Below, piece by piece: positions 14,341 through 28,089 of a stretch of DNA of 64,000 nt. The stretch lies in the NCBI GenBank assembly GCA_964016885.1, contig OZ024740.1, forward strand, positions 281,604,001 to 281,668,000, read 5' to 3'. A model generated the notes under the pieces. That model was given only the letters and a program-made list of their open reading frames with translations, did no database searches and was not told where the DNA came from. Source of the stretch: Eledone cirrhosa (lineage: Eukaryota). The translations under genes and the position numbers were made by a program. Positions within the stretch are counted from its first letter, which is position 1, and every line of letters starts with the position of its first letter.

Positions 14341-14846
14341 GTAATAATAATAACACACAAACGCACACACACACATGTGCACCCTCACGCACATATGTCT
14401 GTGAGAGTGGCCGTGTGTCAGATAGACTAAACAAGCTGATCAATAAAGATATGCATGTTACACCTATATTTCAAATACTTTATTTGAATTTATCGTCCTT
14501 CGTATCTTATCGATTTAGAAATTTCTCTGCTTTATTGCGTTTTCTCACAGTGAGCATGATTTAGTTTTGTTGTAAGCTTTGTTTTCTATTGTAAAAGATT
14601 GTTATTTATATTGGGTTCACGATGTGTATCGACATGTGTATTACACACAAGAGAAGATACTTCATTGAAATCGTTCTTTACAGATCTTAACAAATATTTT
14701 CTTTATCTTATCATTACCGCTAGGTCACTAAAAAGCAAAATGTTTGTATTACATTGTCTTGACATAAAGATAACGGAGGATATAATGTTTAATACTTATA
14801 TATAAGTGTGGTGCATACATAGACATAAACATATGTACGTATATAC

Positions 14847-14970
<124 letters not shown>

Positions 14971-15076
14971 ATAATAATAAAATTGAAGACTAAAATCCAA
15001 AGAGGGCTCGATAAGGATAAATATATATCAAATATATAAGAACCGTAGAGCAAATATTTATTAAATAACAGATTAA

Positions 15077-15127
15077 AGTTTAAGCAGAGAATCGCTGCTT
15101 TCACCCTTAACGGGATCTTCTGAAACT
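15077..15127 (-). ncRNA. Hammerhead-like motif with variant core CAGAAGA
   Basis: AGTTT-CAGAAGA-tCCCgttaaGGGt-GAAA-GCAGcgattctCTGC-TT-AAACT; a second copy lies at 17648-17698 (+). Confidence 0.6.
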
Positions 15128-16057
15128 AACAAAGTCAATCTGTAAACGCAGAACTGGATATTTCAAAAAACGTTGCAACCGGAGGAAGACAGGAAGACGA
15201 TACTTAGGTTCGTGGAAACGTTCGCTGGCAAAGAACGGGAAAAAACGAATAATACGTCATTAATAGGAGCGGTGAAAAACAATTACGCGCAAAGACAGAA
15301 CCACGTTTATGGTATAAAAGAGGTCGTAGACTAATGTTCTCTTAGGTGGTGCATAGAGACGTTCTCTGGCAATGAACGAAAAAACGAAGATAATAAGTCA
15401 TATGTGGAGCGTGGAGAACAATAGCACGCAAAAACAAAACCACGTAAATGGTATAGCAGAAGTCGTAGACTAAAATTCTAACTAGGAGACCAAATGAATC
15501 TCCGCTACAGAGTTAAGAACAAAGTAAATAAATACAATACAGAAGTAATAGAAATAAATAAATACGTACACGCAAACAAATACGTACATACACAAGCATA
15601 CGCAAAACCTTACCATAGGTATACAAAACCACGCACATATAAATATGTGTGTGTGTGTGTATGCTTGTGTACAAATAAATAAATAATTATATAAACGTAT
15701 ATAAGTAAATAAATACGTATATAACAAGCGCACACACATACCTACATATAAATACACGAATGTTCGGAGACGTAAGTCAACTAAAACAAGAAGTACACAT
15801 ATACACACACCCACCATACGTACGAACCTGCATACTCACGCAGACGCAAAACTCCCGTATATACATAGCCAAACCCTAAATAACAGAATATATAAAAATT
15901 ATACGCCATAACAATCAAATATACGTACGAGAAGGTATACATACCTTCACAAAACATACGGGTAATATATACTTACCTATGCAAATAAGTAAAGGAATAA
16001 ACAAAAAATATACTTAGCTCCCACATCAAGACGTAAAATATCCACGTATAGATCGTA

Positions 16058-17590
16058 CTATCCGTTAGGGTATAACGTTGGGCTGTAATACAGGAAAGTT
16101 TTGTGCAAGTTATGTTTACAAGCCGAAATTGCCTCAGATTTTTTGTTTAAGATGTGGTCTGTGGCGTAGTGTATTTCCAGGGCCTCAGCGGCGCAGAGGT
16201 CACATGGTCTTTTATTTCCGTTATACGATCTAGCCCTAGCTAGGATCTCCCAGTGTAACTTATATTGAGTGTGGTTGTCTTTTAGACTCCAGATATAAGC
16301 TGAAAGTGACGTCATATTCCTTCTTAGAGGGTAACGAAAAGAATGGGTATGCATGTAAAGACGCTTCTTGAAACTATTGGCGGTTAACCCTATGTAGGCC
16401 CTACGGGACGTGGGTGTTACAATCTTACATTTGTAGACAATGTTACTAGAGAGGCATTTCCTGGATAGGGGGCAATCAGCCCGATTCCTACAATTACAGT
16501 TAGTACTAACTACAGGGTTGCACGTGTTCCTACAGCTAGGTAGTTTAGCTAAATTTGAAGCTGTGATGTTATGTGCAAGGTTAGGAGTCGTAGAGTAAGA
16601 AATTTTAATAGTATTTCTATTAAAAATTTTACTATGTTTATGTGTAGGGGGAAGATGCTTCGTAATAAGGGAAAGAAAGATCTTAGCTAATGGTGTGGCC
16701 ACCTCCATATTATATAGTGGGTTAAACCAACAAATGCGACAGGATCTATTTCTTCTAGGTCTATTTTCGTACTCTGTATATGCTACCTTATCGACAAATC
16801 CACTTCGAGCAAGAGCTTAATTGTAATAAGTGGAATGGTCGTTGAAAATGCGCTCGTTGGTGGAAAGACGGGAAAGCCTCAACGAAACGTTTCTTACCAG
16901 GTTCTTGGTTATGATGGCAGGATGGTTGGAATGCTTACTTATGTAATTAAGCGTATCATTCGGCTTTCTATACGGGTAATACAACCCATTCAATAAATTG
17001 AGGGTAACGTCGAGGTAATTAACGACCGAGAGATTGGCCTCAACCTGTATAGAGAGGTTGAAGCCTTTAAAGAAGGCTGTGAGTTCTTTTCTGAACCTGT
17101 CGCAAGCACGAGGTCCGCACTTAGTCATGGTCAATAGACCATCGTCACGGTACAAACCACCGCCTGCGTTGGGGAATTCGTCCTTGATAGAGAAAAGAAG
17201 GAAAAGGCCAATAAGATCAGTAACCTCCGCAGAGTCACTGGCGCCCATACTCACGTCGAATGGAGTACTATTGGATTTTTTAATCCAAATAGAGTCGTCG
17301 AAATTAATCACCGACTTTCTGGCATTAAGAATGACATCAACTTCGAAATCCTTAACCACTGTGAGTGTTTTAGCGAAATTGATAGCTCTAAGGAGAAGTG
17401 GTAAAGTGATGGAGGAGTAGTAATTGTTGATGTCGAATTGGATAAAACGGCAATGTTCCTTGTTACGTATGCCGTTGAACCAATCAATCACCGCGAAAGA
17501 ATTGTTCCACAGTGCGAGAGGGGACAAACTTCTAATTTCAGGTATAATTCTATCAAGAATCGTTTTACTAAGTCTACCTAAATCGGACTT
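16058..17590 (-). pseudogene. PLE reverse transcriptase + GIY-YIG endonuclease with one premature TAA
   Basis: FDINNYY, SMGASDSAE, YRDDGL and YLDV motifs; CNCRNRADCPL..C linker; VYKC..YIGLT; CDLC. The ORFs at 16817 and 16058 join in frame across the TAA at 16817-16819 (YYN*ALARSGF). Confidence 0.9.
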
Positions 17591-17734
17591 CTCCGGTTGC
17601 AACGTTTTTTGAAATATCCAGTTCTGCGTTTACAGATTGACTTTGTTAGTTTCAGAAGATCCCGTTAAGGGTGAAAGCAGCGATTCTTTGCTTAAACTTT
17701 AATATGTCATTTAATAAATATATATATATATATA

Positions 17735-17998
17735 TAACACAAAAACAAGATGGCGTAGGACAGAACAAAGGAGAGGCACAACAACAAAGAAAAGAATCCA
17801 CAGTCACTGAAGAGGTCACAGAATGTGTGACGAAAGAACTTTGACAATATATGAACAATCGTCTGGTTGTGGAACCAACCAACCAACCGGAAATTTATAA
17901 ATTCCTAAATTTATAAATCTAATTTATAATAAATTGAAGTGAAACCAACTGGTGCGTGTGTTTCTTATTGACAACATGACCCTCCCAAAGCATAACAA
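17735..17998 (+). mobile_element. Solo PLE pLTR with minimal hammerhead (17803-17845)
   Basis: GTCA-CTGAAGA-gGTCACAgaatgTGTGAC-GAAA-GAAC-TT-TGAC; flanked by TA runs; related to the pLTR at 18013-18250. Confidence 0.7.
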
Positions 17999-18012
17999 TA
18001 TATATATATATT

Positions 18013-18897
18013 TATACTTGGGGAGGGTAATATTGTTGTAATAATATTGCCAGATATAATAACAGAACACACTCACTGTTTGGTTGGTATTCGTTTCTGT
18101 ATCTTTTATATCTCCATTCGGTCCTCAATGTTTATCATTGACTGACCAACGGTCAAAAATACAGATATAATATAGATATAAACACATATATATATAATCT
18201 AACAAAGTTCTTTCGTTGCACATCTGAAACATCATCAGTGGTGCTATTATGTTCCTCCTGTTGTATTGTATGTCTACGCCATTTTTATTTTATCTGTTTA
18301 TTTATTTATTTATTTATTTTTGTCTTCTCTGCGCATGCGTTTGCGTGTTTGTATAGTGCTTGGTGTGTGTTCGCGTTTGGATGACTATGTTTTGGTTATT
18401 GTATTCTATCTTAGTTTACTAGTGTGTGTTTATATGTGTTTGTTGCTATTGTGCTTGTGTATATATTTATTTATTTATTTATTTATATTTTTCTTAAGTC
18501 AGTATTGTTTGCTTGGGTGTTGTTATTCCATTCATTTTTCTGTTTAGCTTTGGCTTTCTAAGCTCTATTTCGCTTGCTTCTCTGATTTGCCTACCTGCTG
18601 GGTCATTTCTATGTTTAGATATTATTTTAATTTCTATGTTGTCTATGTTACCGTCATGTTGTTGACTGGCGTGTTCGTATAGTACTGAAACGTTTTTTCG
18701 TCCTTTTAATTCCCTCCAGTGTTGGTCTATCCGTTCTCCTATGCTTCGAGCTGTCTCGCCTATGTATGTTGTTGTCATGTCTCTGCATGTACCCTCCGTA
18801 CATCGTATGCTATAGACTACGTTTCTAGTTTTACAGTTTATCTGGGGATTTACTTTACATATAACGCATTTCCTATTAGTACAGTGGCTGTTCTTAA
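18013..18897 (-). mobile_element. 5'-truncated PLE of a second group (GIY-YIG end + pLTR with degenerate hammerhead at 18201-18242)
   Basis: CTNRKCVIC..CKTRNVVYSIRC..YIGETAR..H..LYEH..REASEI..KPKLN; CTGATGA..GAAAGAACTT on the minus strand. Confidence 0.8.
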
Positions 18898-18898
18898 A

Positions 18899-18933
<35 letters not shown>

Positions 18934-18939
18934 TATATA

Positions 18940-19290
18940 TAAATAAAGATCCGAAGGCAAGGTATAAATTTCCAATCATTTTAATCACGACACATGTTTC
19001 AATAAGAGATAGATCGATCGTGTAGCCATGATCGATTATCACTGACCACGTCAGGTGAAAATGAATTGTCTTCAAATCCTTGATATGAGGGAGAAAATTA
19101 ACGATGTTCACTCAGAGTTTAGTCCCTCATATGAAGATCAAGCAGTCAAAACACGGCGATTGCTATCCTCTACAGTTAGGGTAATAAAACTCTCATGTCT
19201 CTATCTCTCAATAGCTGTAAAAGACGCTGGACATCAAATCTGTAGAATTACAGACGGTCACAGTTAGTGGGAGTTAGTACACACACACAC
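18940..19290 (-). mobile_element. Probable PLE pLTR remnant with long-helix-II hammerhead-like motif (18989-19075)
   Basis: TTGAAGA-cAAT..~60 nt with two hairpins..ATT-GAAACATGTGTC; abuts (TA)n; helix I not evident. Confidence 0.4.
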
Positions 19291-19958
19291 CGACGCGAGG
19301 TCAAAGAAAGAAATATTAATATACCAACATAGTATTCACTGAAAGTTAGTTTACAAAACAACAAATGTTATATTGGTCAAATCTCAATTTGACGATGTAA
19401 ATTGGAAAAATTGGGTCAACCGCAACCCTATACACACGCAAGTAAGTTCAGTTCAATGTTCTGCTATACGTGTATAGATTGAATTGTAACATCCGTATCT
19501 CCAAATAGTGTATGTTATGGTATATACACTTCCGTATCGTCCAAAAAAGTGTATGTTTTGGTATATACACATCCATGTGAAGAGCAAGTAGTCAGCTCAT
19601 ATCGAACTCAGTATGTGCCGTTGTCCCATTGAGAATCTGAGTCCCCATATCTGTGCGTGTAAGCAATCGCTATGTAGGCCACCAAGGGGCTCTGTGTAGG
19701 GTTGGGTATTTGGGTTAAGGTGTCAGTATGTGCGTTTTCAGTCATGGGCCTTTGGGCTTTTAAGATAGGTGTTTGAGTGGTGGAGGTGTGTTACCCAACA
19801 CAAAAATAAAAATAAAATAAAATAAAATAAAATAACAAAGAATAGCAAAACCCAGAGGATTTTGCTGTTTCCATAAACGGAATTGGAGATATACAAAAGC
19901 GTGGAGAACTTAATATTGGTAACAAAAATTTATTGGACCGTATGACACAACCAATAAT

Positions 19959-20143
19959 TGTTTCTACTTTAGGCACAAGGCCAGCAATTACCCAGTGCAT
20001 TACTGGTACTTTATTTTATCGACCCCGTAAGGATGAAAGGCAAAGTCAACCTCGGCGGGATTTGAACTCAGATCGTAAAGGGACGTAACTATGCTGGAAA
20101 GCATGGCGTCCGACCCTCTACCGATACTGCCAATCCACCGCCC
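19959..20143 (-). mobile_element. Full-length Nin-type SINE
   Basis: A-box TGGCAGTATCGG and B-box GTTCAAATCC; 16-bp TSD TGACACAACCAATAAT at 19943-19958 and 20144-20159. Confidence 0.92.
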
Positions 20144-20176
20144 TGACACAACCAATAATACACCTTACTATATAAC

Positions 20177-20596
<420 letters not shown>

Positions 20597-20856
20597 TACA
20601 GGTAGAATTCCCAAAACTAATCAGATCAGAGCAAACAGCACGGACACTCTATCTCAAAATTATTTTTGAAAAGCATTTAGAAATGCGCGACCGGTAAAAA
20701 CTTAAAAACTTAAAACCACAACTGAATACTAACCCATACAATCACTAATACTCTTTTATTCCTAATTAAACCATTTTTCAACTATGAACAATTTGTCAGC
20801 ATTTTCTATTCCGTTTACCAATATATAATAACTTGTGTGTTACACCTCTATTCTTT

Positions 20857-20887
<31 letters not shown>

Positions 20888-20890
20888 TAA

Positions 20891-21043
20891 TATAGAAGAG
20901 CTTCTACATGACTAGAACTGTTTCATTCGTGAGAAATCATCAGTTCTAGTCCTGTAGAAGCTCTTCTATAATAAAACATTTATACTCTGCTATGTATTGA
21001 GTACCCTACTTACTGTGGTTACCTCCGATTCAACCCGGAATAA
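20891..21043 (+). mobile_element. Solo pLTR of the 38-44 kb PLE family with 5' fold-back
   Basis: 20941-21042 matches 42728-42830; 20891-20970 is an inverted repeat with 30-bp arms; (TA)n on both sides. Confidence 0.85.
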
Positions 21044-21076
<33 letters not shown>

Positions 21077-21179
21077 CGAAGGAAATGTGGTAAGGAACCA
21101 GGTGGACCATAACGCACCAAAGTACTCAATACTTAGGGTAGTAGAGTGGGTAATAGGAACGAGTAGGACCCCAACGGCC

Positions 21180-21229
<50 letters not shown>

Positions 21230-21234
<5 letters not shown>

Positions 21235-22340
21235 ATTCAGGACCCCGACGGCTGGGCTTGGCCTTTTCGACAGCTAGATCGAACTAAGCCACCAGTATTA
21301 GAACGGCGGGAATCTAACTGAACTTATCAAGGGGTAAAGTCCATATATGGGCATGCAGTCAAAGCAAAAAAAGCAAAAAAATCTAAGCAAAAAATCTTAA
21401 AAGTTTGTTGTTTTTCTTGTCTGCCACGAGGAGTGGTCAGTAATCTGGAATCTCGTGTACATAGTTTATTACTTTCATGGCAGCGGGGGGCTAAACAGGC
21501 CGAAATACAAGGGGGAAGAGGTAAGAAGGCGAACTGACCTGTGTATGCTAAGCCAGTCAGGCGTGCACCCACAGCATTAAGAGAGATTTTATCCAATATT
21601 ACTATCTATAATCTGTAGAAACGGTAAACTTCAAATAACAAACGAGAGAAAAAATATATGATTGGTGTGTATAATCCTCAGAGGGTAGAGTACAGTGTTT
21701 ATGTTAAGTTTGACTGATATAACACTTGGTTAAATAGTCGAGCATTTATATTAAATTTCTAATTCAGCTCCTGATAAAGAAAGTAGTGTGTGAGGCACCC
21801 CCCTGTGCCTCAGAGTACTTGATAATTAGATGTCTTTGCAGTTGTTGTTGATTGTGGGGGTTGTGTAGCCGTTTCCGGTGGTATTGTTGGTATTGCTGGA
21901 GCTGTCGCTGGTGTTGCTGATGCAGAATTTGGTGTTGGTGCTGTTACTTTTGGCAGTTGCAGTTGTTGTTGGGGCCCCAGCATCGGCAGCAGCGGAGAGT
22001 TTCGACCCCATGCCTTTTTCAATAGCTGAGGGTAGAAGGCTCACAAGTGTGTGGTTACGCCACAACCGAAACTGCGGCCTTTTGCGGTCCAGATCAACCC
22101 CGGAACAGTCCTTTCTGCCTGTTCTCGTTACCTCTATTGGGACGGCATCAGTCCCCTCCACAATCATGCATCCCAAGAGCCATCATATATCTATTCCTGG
22201 TGGAATCCTGGGAATGCGGACTCTAACAGTTCTTTTTCCCATGTGGGAGTGGTACATTATAATCTTGCTGATTTTGCAAGGGGTCATCGAGTGCTTCAAA
22301 GCGTGGGCCTCCGACTTAAACAACACCGAAATCATTGATG
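21230..22340 (-). mobile_element. Fragments of an older Tx1-like LINE (ORF1 core and possible APE piece) mixed with pLTR-like sequence
   Basis: Minus 21810-22340 encodes RIPRIPPGIDIWWLLGCMIVEG..RKRPQF plus a Thr/Pro-rich tract, similar to ORF1 of copies A and B. Confidence 0.45.
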
Positions 22341-22452
22341 ATATCCTTCGATAAAAACAGTAGAAGCCATTTCTATATTAAATTTGATGTTTACACTCTA
22401 CTAATGTATTGAGTACCTTACTTGCTGTAGTTACCCCCGATTGAACCCGGGA
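22335..22452 (+). mobile_element. Diverged PLE pLTR remnant
   Basis: ATGTATTGAGTACCTTACTT.CTGT.GTTACC.CCGATT.AACCCGG matches 42779-42826; decayed hammerhead TTGATGA-TATCcttcGATA-AAAAC upstream. Confidence 0.65.
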
Positions 22453-23849
22453 CTCACACTCACACATATAAATATATACATATATGTGTGTGTGCGTGTG
22501 TATGCGTGTGTGTGTGTAATAGAGTGTATACATAGATTTTGTGGCCTGAGAACGTATCTTTGTGTTACATAATATCAAAATGAATGTAAGTAACAGGTCT
22601 TAATCATTCCATATATTTGAAAATATATAAATAGTCATTGCATAAAAAACATAAGTTCTACCAGTAGTACTTGCATCGCATTTGAATCATTTTACTCAAA
22701 TATTTTTTGATTTCAGCCAGAATATCTTTGCTACATTATCATATTATATAGTGTTATAACATAGTGTTAAATGTCAAACTGATTCTAAATAATATCTTAC
22801 CTTTAGAGAATTGGAAACACAATTAAATATAGTTATGCTAGACCACATCAGAATAGAACGCTATCTTTGTGTTATAAGAGTTGATAATAACAGTAGACCA
22901 CGAAGTATATGCTGGATGAAAGATTGTTAACAACGAAGAATTTATAACATAAAATTTATATTAGATGGCAGGTTTAAAACTCATAATATGATTTGACAGC
23001 TATTCTTTAAATTGACACGCAATAACTGTGAAAAGGAGAAAGTGAAGCAAAGAAAAAGGACGTCTTCAAATTGATACACACAGCCCAGCAACTTCTCAAC
23101 AAATATTTCTTTACTAAATTCGTGACGTAGTCTACGCTCAAATTATTTATAGATTTGTACTTCATGAACTGACTTATGTTGAAGATATTAAATATACATT
23201 CTCTCCTCTCACAACTTAAATATTATTTATGAGATGAATAACTTTTGAGAAATGTTTCGCATCTCCCCTTGCTTTGTTTATTTATTCCCGCACATACGAA
23301 CATCACGGTTTTTTTAAAGCATTGATGTCTAAATTTAAATTACACTTTTCCTTTCTCTAGAAACGACTTGTTCTAATAAATTGGTGCACCAAACAACTTC
23401 CTTTTCACCATAAGTTTGTACTCCCACACATTCTCTTCTCCATTTCAGGTTATACGTTCTCATTCTAGTTTGAGGGAACCCAACCTTTGACAACAGAAAC
23501 TCTCACCTCTCAATACACTTCCTGTCGTCTCCATTGAAGATACATCCAAACCACTATACAGTTTTGATAGAACCATCCGCCTCAGCATTGAAAATGCCTT
23601 GTGTTCAATTACACTTTACTTAGTCCTTCCTATCATAGGGGTGCAAATCTCTGGCACTCCGGTGCTACATGCAATAGGCGGAAAATTGTAACAATTATTT
23701 TCACCTTTCTTGCGTTAAACTTAATTGACGTGCGTTGGAATCTTTAGTTTGGTGGCACTCCCGCTCTTACTTATCTCTATCGACGCTACAAGAATATTTC
23801 ATACACCGAAACAACAGTTACTCAGCTCCACTTGTCTGTGTAACATTTT

Positions 23850-25420
23850 GACAGCGACTTCTCATAACAGACAATTGCGGAGAGTGACCACCTAGATACC
23901 GAAAGCTATTTGTATTCACTTGCCTGATGCGACTGCAATAATTGACCAGGCACTATAACAGTCCACAAAATTGAGACCGTCTTTTTTTACTTTGCAATGC
24001 TCACGCTCCGGGTCCCGATGATCAAAAACATAGTGCCCTCCTTTGCCACCATTCTTCCGATCTTTCCAGCTGCGTATCTGGACCGACAGCTGGCACCCAG
24101 TCTCCAATGGGCGATATGAATCGTCCCTGTAACCGAGTCAATTTAAAATTAATTGAGGATGACGTTATTGCTGTCGTACGCGTGTTCGCTTCAACCGAAA
24201 CGGTCCTCCGGCTCATACACGAAGAGCTTATTATTCTCCGTTTGACTCACTCAAATCCTCAAGCCGATATCGGAGCCAGCCAAGCTCCTGCCGGTTACAT
24301 TTCATTAACCGCCTCCAAAAAAGACACGTTTTCTGCCTTGAGATCTTAATCAGGTAGCAGTAGTATTGTGGTGGATGACTTGTGAACCGGCAACCTCACA
24401 GACATAATTCCGTCATATACTGCTTCGGTCGATAATTACTCTAACGAACAATTTCCTTCGAGCTAACCTCACACATCATTCTTGCTTGCAAACATTTCTT
24501 CTCGGCCAATTTTATGGCTTTGAAAAAAATTGACGGACGCATTTGGCTGATTGCCGTTCACTGGGCATGCGAAACACAATATGAATAGACGTGACTATTA
24601 TAGAGGTGTGTCAGAAACGGGTCGCTTCGATACTCCCACTGACACATCTCTCTCTTATCTAGCAGAATTCCACTTGCACGTCTCATTACCTAACAGATCC
24701 CCACTGGCCCATCTTTCTTAATTAACATATTTACCACTACTATTTAAAATATTACTACATCCGTCACAGAAGTTTAGGCAAGTGATTCCCTCGGTTCTTC
24801 CTTCTTTACGTTGGTCGTTGAAGATACTGCCCATTCAATCCTTTTCGCTATTCAACATCTGGTACATGGACAACTATACATTGTATGGCGCAGGTAAGAC
24901 TTACGTTGACGAACTTCAGAACACCATTGCAACCCTATCTCTCCTCGGACTCGAGACTAAATCGTCCAAGTCGGAAATAATAAATGCTAGTTAAGGCAAC
25001 ATTCAATTTGATAACGGCGTACACATCAGTCAGTTCTAACTGGGTTGTGATTTATTCCGATAGACGGAGCCCATGAAATTCTCCACAAAGCATCTAAACC
25101 TAATGTAGATAGGGAACTCGTGCCTTTTTTTATCCTCTGATTTGATGATGGTCTCATTCTTCTCTAGGATGCGGCTTACCAACTTGACTGAGACGATAAC
25201 AAATGCAGTTCAATCTGCCTGAAAATTTAGTTTCGCCTGCATTCGGTACACTGGCAGCCGAAATGCGGTAAGTAGTTCAATACTCTCTGCACCAAATTAA
25301 TTCCTTCTTTGTGGTGAATGCACCTGCATTAGAGTAGCTTTCAGACTTAGCCTTCACATATGTAAGTAACACAAATGGAGAACTACAATCGACGAATTCA
25401 AACAACATACACTCGCTTTT
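23850..25420 (+). mobile_element. Decayed CRE-clade-like non-LTR retrotransposon
   Basis: Remnant peptides VIAVVRVFAS..LRLTHSNP, MALKKIDGRIWLIAV (cf. KKDGGIRPIAV), WYMDNYTL (cf. WYLDD), GLETKSSKSE and IRVAFRLSLHIC..HK. Confidence 0.55.
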
Positions 25421-25472
25421 CCTTAAAATGTCATCAACAATGTTTTTAAAACATTAAATTAAATATTACTAA

Positions 25473-25658
25473 GGGCGGTGGATTGGCAGTATCGGTAGAG
25501 GGTCGGACGCCATGCTTTCCAGCATAGTTACGTCCCTTTACGATCTGAGTTCAAATCCCGCCGAGGTTGACTTTGCCTTTCATCCTTACGAGGTCGATAA
25601 AATAAAGTACCAGTAATGCACTGGGATAATTGATGGCCTTGTGCCAAAAGTAGAAACA
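25473..25658 (+). mobile_element. Full-length Nin-type SINE (best plus-strand reference copy)
   Basis: A and B boxes present; ~20-bp TSD ATTAAATTAAATATTACTAA at 25453 and 25659. Confidence 0.92.
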
Positions 25659-26036
25659 ATTAAATTAAATATTACTAAGACATTTCATCAAATATTTCAC
25701 GAAACGTTTTCGAATAAATATAAAAGTTTCTTCAAAGATTTTAAAATTTTTTCCGAAAATCTTCCCAAATGTTTTCTCAAATATTTCAACACTTTTTTAA
25801 AAACTATTCCTATTTTTGAACAAATTTTCCCAAACATTTTCAAAACAATTTTCTCGAAATATTTCACCTAAAATTTACACAAAATTGCTATTGAAATATT
25901 TTCTCAAAATCCCATCGAACATTTTCTTCAATGGCGTTTCAAAGGTTATGTTGTAAATATCATAATCTAATTTACTATAGTTATTTTTTTCTTGAAGTAA
26001 ATCCTAGGCTACCGAGTTCGATACTTAAGATTATAA

Positions 26037-26690
26037 TATTGTTTCTACTTTTGGCATAAAGCCAGCAATTACGCAGTACATCACTGGTACTTTATTTTAT
26101 CGACCCTGTAAGGATGAAAGGCAAAGTTAACCTCGACAGGATTTGAACTCAGACCGTAAAGGGACGTAACTATGCTAGAAAGCATGGCTTCCGAACCTCT
26201 ACCGATACTGCCAATTCACCGCCATTTAAGATTATACTATTAAAAATCAATGACTGTTATACATTGTGATGTTAATGCTGCCAGTAAAATCACGTGCAAC
26301 ATTTTAGTTCCATTTCGGATTTACTATTAGCCAGGAAACTGCAGAAAATATCTTGAGGTATATATTCCAGCTCTTACGTTCTTATCGTGCTGAGGTAAAA
26401 GTTGTCTTTTACCTTTACGAGTAAAATACTGGGATCGGTATTTGATCTTCTGCTCAAAATGTTTGACCTTGTGCTTAAATTAGAAACCTCAATTAGTTAG
26501 ATAACTATTATTAGTCAGCAGGTAATTGTTATTAATCAGGTAACTAAGGCCGTGAAGTAGCAAAATTGCTACAGCATTGAGCAGATTACTTTACAGTATT
26601 TAGTCACGCTCCTTTACTTTCTGAGTTCAAATTCCGTCGGGCCATCTTTGCCTATCCTCCTTCCGAGGTCGATAAAATAAAATGCCAGTA
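26037..26690. mobile_element. Three Nin-type SINE copies (one young, two old)
   Basis: 26037-26223 (-) with TSD TTAAGATTATA; diverged + copies at ~26350-26490 and ~26548-26690. Confidence 0.7.
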
Positions 26691-28089
26691 AAGTATGCTA
26701 CTCTATAGTATTTTGGCATTTCAATTTAGATGACCTTTATATATACTGGGTTCAGGTCACACAAGCAATGTTTAATCTAATAGCACCATTTGTTAAATTA
26801 ACAAATAAATATGTAAATATTTACTTCATGCTCGGTTCCCTTTCGGGATATTTTCCTAATTATTAGTATTCATTTTATCAAAAAATTTGAATATTTTTTT
26901 CAGATCTGCAAGAAATCAGTAATATTATTTCGATGTCAAAACTGCTTCCAGCTTCCTGCTAGTTATAAATACGAAAGATTATCATATTCAAAACTTTTTG
27001 AAGATTTTATTTTTTATTGTTTTCAATGATTACGAAATTTCACGCCGTAATTAACTTGCAATTCTATTTCAAGAAGCTATAATTATTGAAGTGTATTAAT
27101 TTTAGATTTAATAACTTTACATGTTTGTAATTTCTTTAATCATTATAGCAAGTATTTACTACCAATTACTACTGCTAATCTAATGCCAAACTAAAGATCG
27201 TCATAGTGTTTAGATGAAGAGAGATATAAGCGATTGACGCTATTGCAAAGAAGTATAAAAAAAAGTTTGAGAAGTGAGACATGGAGAGTGAAAAACCGAA
27301 AGGTGAGTACACCTAAATGTGATATAGACTTAGCAGATTAAGGAAAGCATGTGTTTTTATTGTAAAAACATAAGATACACAACTTGATGATGGGATAGGT
27401 GTATAATTTTGGATGCATATACTGTTTATGTAGTTTTAGGCTTTAAAACTTGAGAACAAATATTAATTCATAATCCATTCAAACATATTGTGAATAAATT
27501 ATTTTGTAAATAAGAGTTTCTACGAATGCAAATATTGTAAGGATTTTTTGTTTTAGAAATAACTGAAATAGACAATATTTTAACTTGAATATATATTTCA
27601 TCAACAAAAACCGCGCACCTAAAACGCAACCTTTTTCTATAAAAATATTCTAACAGAATCATTTGAAAATTATACTAATTCTGGTTCAAACGATTTTAAA
27701 AATAGCCGTTTTGAACAGAAAGAGGTTAGAGAGTTCTGGCGGGATATGGCCGGTTTAAATGTTAAAGTGTTAAACTTCTACTAGTTTAGAGCTACTATCA
27801 CTTCCACATTAATATGGAATTATATTTCGGAATTGAAAAATAAAGACTTATCATTTATAATTAACCAATTTCAAAATGTTCTATCTTTTATGCACACTCG
27901 TATTATACTCGGTGTTCTTTAATTCCTATCTAGATTTATCGCAATCTTTTTAATACAAAAATACTGCCTGACATATTTTCCCTGTCTAGTTTCTATAAAT
28001 TACGTATGGAATACACTTGAAGTCTTCTACATATTACACAATGTTTTTGTTTTTGTTTTTAAATAATAATTTCGATTTTTGCTATACTT

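Noticed and set aside
16817-16819. In-frame stop in a PLE ORF as possible selenocysteine recoding (known in Naiad PLEs)
   Set aside because: The codon is TAA, not TGA, and the paralog has Asp there; simple nonsense mutation.
25473-25560. tRNA gene
   Set aside because: The A and B boxes belong to the SINE head; no cloverleaf.
25680-25930. Periodic AAATATTTT-like tract with a 76-aa ORF
   Set aside because: Degenerate low-complexity repeat with no definable unit or domain.
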